A stretch of DNA of 15,716 nucleotides from Pyrobaculum sp. (GCA_046293555.1 JBKBOT010000034.1:1-15716), one strand, 5' to 3'. Counted from the stretch's first letter, positions 1 to 7,704 are shown. Translations and numbers: made by a program. The notes: a model not told the origin generated them from the letters alone.

Positions 1-814
1 TACCTAAGGCCTTGAGCTCGTCTATAAGCCTGCCCAGTTGTCTATCTGCGTTTTTCACCCAGGGCTCCATCTCCTCGAGGGCAGCCTGCCCGCCGGTTCT
101 ATGGCCCCACACGTCTATAAGCGGCAGGTTTATCACCATGAACCTAGGCCTCTCCCTCCTCAAGATCTCTATAGATATGTCCATAACCCACTCGTCCGCC
201 TTGTTATACAGCTCAGATTTGGGCAGCCAGAAGCGGGAGTCATTTAGATAACTCGGCACCTTGTACCCCGGCACGTAGTAGTCAGTGCCGTTTATCTTCA
301 CTGGCAGAGCCAAAAACGCTATGTCCATATGGGGCTCAAATCCGGGGGCCACATGCGCCTTGGAGCTACCCCCAGCCGTCTTGGCGTCTGGCCAACGCTG
401 CTTGATGTAATACGATACGGACTTCACCCCAGAGCCCTCCATTATCTCCCGCACGCCTCCAGCCAGGATGAACCTTAGGTCCCCCGGGTTTATTACCCTA
501 CTGCTGTTTTTCGGGTCCCTCCAGCCGTAATCAACCATACAAAACGCCTTTGGGAAACGCCCGGTGTGTATAACCGGGTGGCTAACTATAGTGGATGACG
601 CCATGTGGCCCACCCAAGCCCCCTCGAAAAGGACGCCGTTTTTAATCAACTCCCTCAAGTTAGGCAGGTCGTAAACCTCGAGGTAATAGGGGACAAACTG
701 GTCCAGCACAACCACAATTGCGTATTCAGCCCGCTGTGAGGCGGCCTCCGCAGAGACGTATGCCACAGCGAGCAACAACAGCGCCGCAATCACCCACGCC
801 AGTCTTGAGGCCAT
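1..814 (-). CDS. Secreted alkaline phosphatase superfamily protein (nucleotide pyrophosphatase/type I phosphodiesterase-like), 3' end runs off the window
   Basis: Not in the ORF track because it is truncated. Manual translation from ATG at 814 is open to the window edge: signal peptide MASRLAWVIAALLLLAVAYVSAEA, metal-binding VVVLDQ, nucleophile region SSTIVSHPVIHTGRFP, LPLIDVWGH (D-x3-H) and NADRQLGRLIDELKALG. Confidence 0.88.
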   Translation of the reverse strand, partial: MASRLAWVIAALLLLAVAYVSAEAASQRAEYAIVVVLDQFVPYYLEVYDLPNLRELIKNGVLFEGAWVGHMASSTIVSHPVIHTGRFPKAFCMVDYGWRDPKNSSRVINPGDLRFILAGGVREIMEGSGVKSVSYYIKQRWPDAKTAGGSSKAHVAPGFEPHMDIAFLALPVKINGTDYYVPGYKVPSYLNDSRFWLPKSELYNKADEWVMDISIEILRRERPRFMVINLPLIDVWGHRTGGQAALEEMEPWVKNADRQLGRLIDELKALG

Positions 815-846
815 GTGCGGCCAGATCTCCCCCCGGTTAAGCCTTA

Positions 847-947
847 TCCATATGAACCACGCCGGGGCTTAAGGAAGCGGAGAATGGGGGCCGCGGCGCG
901 GCGCATATACGGCCGCCACCCCGCCACCACGCCGCCTTCATATGAAG
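847..947. promoter_or_regulatory. Pair of related palindromic sites (TCCATATGAA 847-856; perfect CTTCATATGAAG 936-947) upstream of the phosphodiesterase gene
   Basis: Both sites are visible in the sequence. The proximal one lies just upstream of a TATA-like GCTTAA (minus strand, about 837-842) roughly 25 nt before the ATG at 814. Function is inferred. Confidence 0.35.
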
Positions 948-973
948 TCCGGCGGGGGGTTCCGGTGGGCGTA

Positions 974-1813
974 CTACTGGAGAAATAGCTCGAAGTTACG
1001 TCTAAATATCTCCTCCAGCCTGCCGCTTTGTATAAGCCCCTCAATCACCTGGTTGACCACCAGCTTGAGGTCTTGGGCACATTTGGGCATAGCCACCGAT
1101 ATGTATCCAGCCGTGCCCGGGATCTCGAAGGCGACCTTCAGGTCGGGGAACTTCTTCACAAGCGCCGTGGCGATAGACCTGTCGAGAATTATGGCGTCTA
1201 CATCGCCCCTCCTCAACACCTCCACCATGTAGGGGTAGACCTTGTCGTAACGCCTTACCGACCCCCTACCCGCCTTTTCGAGATTTTCCGCCGCCCACTC
1301 CTCGTGGGTGGTCCCTATCTGTACCCCCACGGTCTTTCCATATAGGTCCTCCACCTTGCCAATATCGCCACGGCTCGTCAAAGTCACCACCACGATGGAC
1401 TCGAGGTAATACGGCATGGAGAACTCCAGCGCCTTTTCTCTCTCTGTAGTCCACGTGATGGCGCTTATGGCCATATCTACATCGCCCTTTCTCGCCGCCT
1501 CTAGCAGTCCGGCAAACCTCATGTCACGCAACTCCAGCTCTACTCCTAACGCCTTAGCGATCTCTCTGGCTATGTCAACATCCCACCCCACTATCTTGTC
1601 GCCCACAACCCACTCCCACGGCGGCCAGGTGGCGTCAGTCCCCACCACAAGCCTCCCACGCTTCTTTATAGCGTCAACAGAGACGGGACATTGCTGCATC
1701 TGCGTCGTCGTCTGTTGTGACGCCTGTTGCCCAGCTGAAGCAAATAAGTACCCAGCCGCAAAGCCCACCAACAAAGCGGCTACCACCGCCACGGCCAACA
1801 CTACAGACCGCAT
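974..1813 (-). CDS. Polar amino-acid ABC transporter substrate-binding protein (SBP family 3)
   Basis: N-terminal membrane anchor, Q/T-rich linker, LVVGTDATWPPWE, GWDVDIAREIA, DMAISAITWTTEREKALEFSMPY, VGVQIGTT. Start moved from 1867 to ATG 1813 because TATATAAA (minus strand, about 1833-1840) fits a leaderless transcript. Confidence 0.92.
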   Translation of the reverse strand: MRSVVLAVAVVAALLVGFAAGYLFASAGQQASQQTTTQMQQCPVSVDAIKKRGRLVVGTDATWPPWEWVVGDKIVGWDVDIAREIAKALGVELELRDMRFAGLLEAARKGDVDMAISAITWTTEREKALEFSMPYYLESIVVVTLTSRGDIGKVEDLYGKTVGVQIGTTHEEWAAENLEKAGRGSVRRYDKVYPYMVEVLRRGDVDAIILDRSIATALVKKFPDLKVAFEIPGTAGYISVAMPKCAQDLKLVVNQVIEGLIQSGRLEEIFRRNFELFLQ

Positions 1814-2022
1814 AAGAGATAAAGACCGCATGTTTATATACATAACGACCGGCGTTATCAATGCCACAATAAGCCAAACAGACGGCGGACAGCCGGCCCC
1901 CTTACAGCAAAAACAGCCCGACTCCCTCCCATCAGCTTTGGGGTCTACCCTCAGCCTACCTCCTCCAGCGCAGTCACGCCGGGCAACACCTCTACGCCCT
2001 CCGGCAGCTTTAACAGAGATCT

Positions 2023-2444
2023 CTACATCCGTCCTGACCTAGCTAGGTCTTCTCTTCTCGTTTCATGGGGGGCTTTCGCCTTGAATGAAGAGGGCGCATC
2101 TATCTTCTTCAAGAGATTTCTCACGGCTATTACGTCTCTATCTGCCTCCAAGCCACATTTACACTTCAAAACCCTATGCCCATTCGGGCTCCCCCCACAT
2201 CCCGGGCCCGAAGCGCCACATCATCCATCTATACCATCAAGTGACGAGTTGATAAACCTTACGCCAAAGAGACCCAGTTTTCAGACCCCACCTGCGACTT
2301 CGCCCAATACCCCCATCTAGCCGACCCTGTACTTAAAACAATTTCGCAGTCTGGAAGTCTCCTTGCCTTCTCATAAAATCTATCCCCAAGCCCGTTTGTC
2401 TCTGGACGTTTATTATTAGTTTTTGTTGTTTTCATGTCTAGAGA
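2023..2444 (-). pseudogene. tnpB: Decayed IS200/IS605-family tnpB (OrfB) remnant
   Basis: Minus strand reads ...CGGSPNGHRVLKCKCGLEADRDVIAVRNLLKK...stop at 2023, the TnpB Zn-ribbon plus RuvC-III DRDxxAxxN motif. There is an in-frame stop upstream. A frameshifted LD-x-NENN near 2425-2441 resembles RuvC-I, followed by DRFYEKARRL. Most of the middle is deleted. Confidence 0.75.
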
Positions 2445-2469
2445 CTTCTGCTTTCTTCTGACGTGGTGT

Positions 2470-3612
2470 CTACCCCCGGCGGCTGACAAACCGCCGCCTT
2501 ATGGCGTGTATCACATGTGGGATGTCTATAGCCATGGGGCAGACCGCCTTGCAGTTGCCGGCGTGGACGCATGACATGGCGTGGGGGCCGGCGGCCTCCA
2601 CGCCTCTAGTCACCGCGGTCCACATCACGCCCATGGGGCCCGTATATGGCGGCACCCCGAACTCAGGCCCCAACACGCGGTATATGGGACAATGCATGTG
2701 GCATCTCCCACACCTAACGCAGAGCAACGCCTCCCACAGCTCCGGGTCCCTCGCCGCCGCCCGCCTGCCGTTATCTACAAGCACCATGTGGAACTCCCTA
2801 GGCCCCTGCGCCGGGGTTACTCTATACATCTCCACGTCGGCCGTGGAGCTAGGCCCCGCGGAGACGTTGACATATGTAGGCGGGTAGAGGCCGGCGTAGG
2901 CAGACTGCACCAACGCCGCCATTAGGGCATGGGGGAGGGTGGGCACCAGCTTCTCCACCCCGTCGTACACGATATGCACCGGCGGGAGGCCAGAGGTCAG
3001 CCTGATGTTACCCTCATTTTCCACAAGCACCACGGCGCCGGTGTCCGCCGCGACGGCGTTGGCGCCGGTGATACCTACATCCGCCCTAACTAACTTCTCT
3101 CTGAGAAACTGTCGTGCAGCCTTGGCGACATCTACGGCATCTGGCTTGACGTCAAGACCTAGCCGCCGTCTAAGCACCTCAGCCGCCCTCTCCCTTGTCA
3201 TATGTAAGGCGGGGGCCAGTATGTGGCTAGGCTCCTCCCCCGCCAGCTGTATGAGAAACTCCCCCAAGTCTGTCTCCCACACCTCGTTCCCCCCCTCCTC
3301 AAGCCCCCTGCGGAGCCCAGTCTCCAGCGCCACGTTGTTCTTACTCAACACCACCGTCTTGCCACTACCCACCACGCCCGTCACATACTCCACGGCCTCC
3401 CTGCCGTCAGCCGCCAGGTAGAACCTGCCGCCCGCCCTCTCCACCGCCTTCCTAACCTCCTCGATGTAGAAATCCAGATTTTTCACCACCTCCTCCCTGG
3501 CCCTCCTCACCTCTCTAGCTAGGTCCTTAACGTAGCCATGTCTAGAAAGTATGTCGTAAACTTTCGGCACGACGTTACCCCACGCCCTCTCGATGGCCTC
3601 TTCCCAAGTCAT
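2470..3612 (-). CDS. lutB: LutB/LldF-family lactate utilization protein (LUD domain plus Fe-S ferredoxin domain)
   Basis: VWETDLGEFLIQLAGEEPSHILAPALH, ADVGITGAN, VENEGNIRL, GPREFHMVLVDNGR, CVRCGRCHMHCPIY and CKAVCP. ATG at 3612 preferred to the GTG at 3624. Confidence 0.92.
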   Translation of the reverse strand: MTWEEAIERAWGNVVPKVYDILSRHGYVKDLAREVRRAREEVVKNLDFYIEEVRKAVERAGGRFYLAADGREAVEYVTGVVGSGKTVVLSKNNVALETGLRRGLEEGGNEVWETDLGEFLIQLAGEEPSHILAPALHMTRERAAEVLRRRLGLDVKPDAVDVAKAARQFLREKLVRADVGITGANAVAADTGAVVLVENEGNIRLTSGLPPVHIVYDGVEKLVPTLPHALMAALVQSAYAGLYPPTYVNVSAGPSSTADVEMYRVTPAQGPREFHMVLVDNGRRAAARDPELWEALLCVRCGRCHMHCPIYRVLGPEFGVPPYTGPMGVMWTAVTRGVEAAGPHAMSCVHAGNCKAVCPMAIDIPHVIHAIRRRFVSRRG

Positions 3613-3646
3613 AATTGGTCCCACACAGTTCTGGCCAACATGGCGG

Positions 3647-4546
3647 CTACTCTATAACCTCCGACAGGTCGTAAGTCTCCAACCTGTCGGAAAGATTGAT
3701 AAAACAGATGGGACATGCCACCACCACCTTGTCAGAAAGACGGGCCAGCCTCCTCGCCCTGTCGGCAGCCACCTTTTTCGCCAGCTCTGGCCGTATGGAC
3801 TCCACAGGCCCCCCACAGCAGCCAGAAGTCTCCACCCCAGTGACATAGGGGTCCTCCACAGGCCGGCCCGCGGCAAGGATTTGCCTAATTTTCTCACGTC
3901 TATCTAGAAATCTGCTGTAGAGACACGAGTCGTGAATCACAAAACCTGACATCTTTGCCCTAACCTTGGCTATGTTTACCAAGTCTATGTAGCTAACAGC
4001 CTTTATGTCAAAACCGTATTTGGGGTAGACATGTTCTAATACATACTGCGTGTGGGGGTCCACCGTGATCACCTCGCGGACGCCAGCCTCCTTAAACGTC
4101 TTGTAGACCACCTCCGCCTGCCTCTTAAACTCCTCCTCAAACCCCAGCTCGTAGAGTAGGGCGCCGGAGTAGGGCTCTTCTTCCAACACGCCGAGCTTAA
4201 TGCCGCTTTTCTTAATGAGGTAATATATAGATCTTAACATCATGGACATCCTCACCTCTTCCGCCGGCGTGGGCCGCAACAAGACGCCCCCCAGCGTCCT
4301 CGCCCCCACTTCTGCCAGGCGGGCCCAGACGCCGCCTCTGGCGGCTCTCTCCAAGAGGCCCGTGGCCTTTTTTATCAACGGCGCCATTTGGTACATACAG
4401 GAGGTGTACAACACGCGCTCAGTCTCCTTCTCAAAGTCGAGACCAACCCTCCACTTATTGCAAATCCCAGGATCCACGGGAAGGGGGAGGCCATACCTCT
4501 CCAACGAAAAAACCAACAACTCCCTTAAGACGGCAATCCATGACAT
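3647..4546 (-). CDS. CCG-domain Fe-S oxidoreductase subunit (LutA/LldE or GlcF-like)
   Basis: LYTSC, ITVDPH, HDSCLYSR, CCGG and VACPIC are CCG-domain motifs; directly upstream of lutB. ATG at 4546 preferred. Confidence 0.85.
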   Translation of the reverse strand: MSWIAVLRELLVFSLERYGLPLPVDPGICNKWRVGLDFEKETERVLYTSCMYQMAPLIKKATGLLERAARGGVWARLAEVGARTLGGVLLRPTPAEEVRMSMMLRSIYYLIKKSGIKLGVLEEEPYSGALLYELGFEEEFKRQAEVVYKTFKEAGVREVITVDPHTQYVLEHVYPKYGFDIKAVSYIDLVNIAKVRAKMSGFVIHDSCLYSRFLDRREKIRQILAAGRPVEDPYVTGVETSGCCGGPVESIRPELAKKVAADRARRLARLSDKVVVACPICFINLSDRLETYDLSEVIE

Positions 4547-4752
4547 TACTAAAACAACCACACAACTATAAAAACACTCCCACACAAAACTTTGTAAAAC
4601 GCGGCATACCCCCCGTTTTTCTTTATAACGTAAGCTTTATATATTGACTTTACATTTGTCTACTCCCCCCGCCGTGTTTAAGCGTCTATAAAACGTCGTG
4701 CAGCCCAAACCGCCATGGCGACGTCGAGACCAACCATCACGACGTACAACAA

Positions 4753-4892
4753 CTAAAAAAGAACGCCACGCCGTCTGAATTTAGAAAAACTTTCCGAAAA
4801 AAAGAGACATACGCCAAAAACAAGCCGTACACACCCCAAAACAGCCAGAGAAAAACTTAAAAACCCCCAAAAACAAAACACTAGAAACCCCA
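4753..4892 (+). promoter_or_regulatory. CRISPR leader with BRE/TATA promoter
   Basis: A-tract-rich non-coding region next to the best-conserved repeats. GAGAAAAACTTAAAAA at 4848-4863 sits about 30 nt before repeat 1 and closely resembles the tRNA promoter in this window. The left boundary is approximate. Confidence 0.8.
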
Positions 4893-5294
4893 GAATCTCA
4901 AAAAGAGGATTGAAAGGACGGCGTGTTGGCGTCCAGCGTCTCCTGCCTACAGCAGCGAATCTCAAAAAGAGGATTGAAAGCATTTTCCAGGATGTTGACC
5001 CAGTTTGGTATAAGGCGTGGGTGAATCTCAATAAGAGGATTGAAAGGTATGAACACACGGCCACCATGCTGGCTGTCTTCAACGAGCTGAACCTCAAAAA
5101 GAGGGATTGAAAGAGCTGAAGTCACCTACGTATCTCCAACACGGGGGCCGAATTTCAAAGAGAGGATTGAAAGAAATTTGGCACACTGGCTGGTGTGTAT
5201 TTACCGAATCTCAATAAGAGGATTGAAAGAGTTAGAAAACTTGGGCGTGTCTACCCAAGTGTTCCTCTAGGAATCTCAATGAGGGGGTTGAAGG
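4893..5294 (+). CRISPR. CRISPR array, 7 repeats and 6 spacers, consensus GAATCTCAA(A/T)AAGAGGATTGAAAG, no cas genes in window
   Basis: Repeats at 4893-4916, 4957-4980, 5023-5046, 5089-5113 (25 nt, variant), 5150-5173 (variant), 5206-5229 and 5271-5294 (degenerate terminal). Spacers are 40, 42, 42, 36, 32 and 41 nt. The 3' ATTGAAAG handle, leader position and terminal degeneration give + orientation. Confidence 0.97.
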
Positions 5295-5310
5295 AAGAGA
5301 GAGTTGAAAA

Positions 5311-7704
5311 TTATCTAATGTCGTGTATGTACTTATATATTTCTAACAAAAGGCCGCCGGTTTTCTCTGCTTTCTCTATGGGGGAGAATATCACCTCTAG
5401 CGCCCTCTTTCTCACTTCTTCTGGCAGCGGCGCTAGGGCCATGATGAGGCGGCCTCCGTGTTGGAGGTACATGGGGGACTTCAGTTTTGCTTTGAGTATT
5501 TCCATTATCGCTGGGGCAAACGTCCTGTCGAATCTTGGGGCGTGTTCTACCACGGCTTTCTCTAGCTCCTCGGGCTTGATGTTGGCTATGATCCTTTCGG
5601 CTGTCTCGCGTGGGGTGGCCTCTCTGAAGGGGCCGGCCTTGTAGGCATCTCTCAGCGCCTTCTTTACGGGTTCCACAAAGCGGCTTAACACCCTCTCGGC
5701 GGCGATTTTGTCGAGGTCGTCGTAGAAGGCATTTGTCCACTCCATGTGTAGCTGCCAGAGGGCGTCGAGGAGCTCCTCTGTGAGGGGGGTGCCTCGCCTT
5801 ACTTCTACCCTGTTTTCGGCCGGTATTACCCCCAGCTTGGTTTTGGCGGGGCCTTTTAGGTGGCCGTCTTTAGTTATGGCGGCCTTGTGGCGGAGGAGGG
5901 TCCACAGCCAGGTGGAGAAGATGCGGTATGTGGCTAGGTCGTTCATAAACCTCTGGCCTAGCTCGTAGTCATCTATGGCGGCCGCCAGGTTGCCGTTTAG
6001 TAGCTGGAAGCCGTAGTTGGCGGCCATGTAGAAGGCGTGTTGTATGTGCTCAATGGTGATGTCGCCCCTGGGCGGCTCGTAGAGGGCTTTCCAGAGGTCT
6101 CCGCCCCACGGCGCCGAGAGGAGCTTCTCGGGGGTGTCCACCTCTTCCCGCCTGATGACCCACGGCGTGATTTCTCCCCTCTCGTCAATAAGGCCGAGGC
6201 GTTGGAAGAGAGCTCTCTCCTGTTCTGTAAGGCCGCTGTCTGCCGTGGGTATCTTGACGCCGTCTACCTCCACGTATCTTACGGGGCGGCTTATCAGTTC
6301 TTGTAACTCCTCTAGCTCCGCCCGCAGCGGCTCGTTGCCGGCCTTGACGTAGCTCTCCTCCGGCGTCGCCACCCAGCTTTGTCTAAAGAGGTCGTAAAGC
6401 CTGCCCTTGGCTTCGCCCGACAGTATCTGCCTCAGCGTCGGCCTGCCCGCCGGCCCCTCTGGCACGAAGATAAGGCCGACGAGCCTCTCCCTGAGTTTAT
6501 CCAGCCAGATGGCCCTTAGGGCGCGGGCGTTGTATCTATGGCGCTGGTAGGGGTCGTCTTGTCTATAGAGCATCACGGCCGCCATGCCGCCCACGGGGCC
6601 CGCGGTGAGCTTCCCCTCCCTGTTGAGTCCAGCCATGAGGCACATGAGGGCGTTGTACTTCTGGTAGGCCATCATGACTGGGTGGGTCATGGTGATGTCC
6701 TGTGGGTCTGGAAACACCGCCTCGTCTTTCCACATCTCTATGAGGGAGGCCAGGTAGTCCCAACGGCCGTTGTTAACCTTGACGAGCCGCTCCCGCCAGA
6801 TCCAGAAAATTACCGGCAGGAAGCGTCCCGCCATGGCCTCCTCGTAGAGCATGGCGATTTTGATCTCGCCCTTGGCGAGGCCGAGCCTCTCCTCTAGCCT
6901 CCTCAAGATTTTCTCGACGACTAGGGCCTCCTCCGGCGTCTGGACTTTGGGTATGTAGAAATAGACGCCAGAGCCGCGGCGTTTAAGGCTGTCGTAGTTA
7001 TTGACGGCGTATATCACTGCCGAGGTTATAAAGGCGGGCGCCGGCCTGCCGTCTACCCTAATGTCGAAATCCAAGATGTGTAAGCCCGGCACCCTGTGGA
7101 TTGGGGTGGGCCACCTCTCTTTTTTAACCCGGTAGGTCTTCCCCCCCTCCACGTAGGGATCCGGCACGTCGCCGGAGAGAACCCTCCTTACCACCCGCCT
7201 CGCGTCCCACACCGCCGCCCACTGTCGGCCGGAGCCCCAGGGCACGTACCACGCGGGGGATGCGTCCTCCTCGTCTTCCATCATGGAGGCCACATCTGCG
7301 TTGATTTGATGTATGGCGCGGCTCATGGGGAACCAAGGCCCCGTGATCTCCAGGCCGGGGTTTTCCAGCGGGTGGAGGTCCCCCGGAGTTGGCACCCTCC
7401 AGTTTAGCCCCCATCGGAGGGGCGTGTCGCGGCCTAGAAAGTTGTCTATAAGGCCCTGGACAATTTCCCTAAACGTCCAGACGTTTCCGTCGGCGTCTAC
7501 AAACCTGTCTTCCCACCTGGGGAATGCCCCCTTCACCCTGACGGACTCACGCCTCTCTAGCCACTCCCGCCTCGCCCGTATCGCCCTGTCTATCTCCGGC
7601 CTAAACTCCCCCGTAAGTTCTTCAATTAGACGTAAGACGTTTATCATACGGCCGTTTACAGACACGTCGCCAAGAAGGTCACCAAAGAGCGTCTTTAAGT
7701 CCAT
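5311..7704 (-). CDS. aceB: Malate synthase (long crenarchaeal type)
   Basis: 797 aa. LEITGP, MMEDEEDAS, SGVYFYIPKV, NNGRWDYLASLI, PVGGMAA, QSWVATP and FMNDLATYRI match malate synthase motifs. Confidence 0.93.
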   Translation of the reverse strand: MDLKTLFGDLLGDVSVNGRMINVLRLIEELTGEFRPEIDRAIRARREWLERRESVRVKGAFPRWEDRFVDADGNVWTFREIVQGLIDNFLGRDTPLRWGLNWRVPTPGDLHPLENPGLEITGPWFPMSRAIHQINADVASMMEDEEDASPAWYVPWGSGRQWAAVWDARRVVRRVLSGDVPDPYVEGGKTYRVKKERWPTPIHRVPGLHILDFDIRVDGRPAPAFITSAVIYAVNNYDSLKRRGSGVYFYIPKVQTPEEALVVEKILRRLEERLGLAKGEIKIAMLYEEAMAGRFLPVIFWIWRERLVKVNNGRWDYLASLIEMWKDEAVFPDPQDITMTHPVMMAYQKYNALMCLMAGLNREGKLTAGPVGGMAAVMLYRQDDPYQRHRYNARALRAIWLDKLRERLVGLIFVPEGPAGRPTLRQILSGEAKGRLYDLFRQSWVATPEESYVKAGNEPLRAELEELQELISRPVRYVEVDGVKIPTADSGLTEQERALFQRLGLIDERGEITPWVIRREEVDTPEKLLSAPWGGDLWKALYEPPRGDITIEHIQHAFYMAANYGFQLLNGNLAAAIDDYELGQRFMNDLATYRIFSTWLWTLLRHKAAITKDGHLKGPAKTKLGVIPAENRVEVRRGTPLTEELLDALWQLHMEWTNAFYDDLDKIAAERVLSRFVEPVKKALRDAYKAGPFREATPRETAERIIANIKPEELEKAVVEHAPRFDRTFAPAIMEILKAKLKSPMYLQHGGRLIMALAPLPEEVRKRALEVIFSPIEKAEKTGGLLLEIYKYIHDIR

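Noticed and set aside
4917-5270. In-window targets for spacers 1, 2, 5 and 6
   Set aside because: Only 10-11-nt matches were found by eye (e.g. CCAACACGCCG near 4183, GTGTATTTAC near 12509), consistent with chance.
4753-5644. ORFs crossing the leader and array (4753-5097, 4898-5125, 4910-5110, 5195-5644)
   Set aside because: They are translations of CRISPR repeats and spacers or antisense to malate synthase; the repeated NL(K/N)KRIE peptide is simply the repeat.
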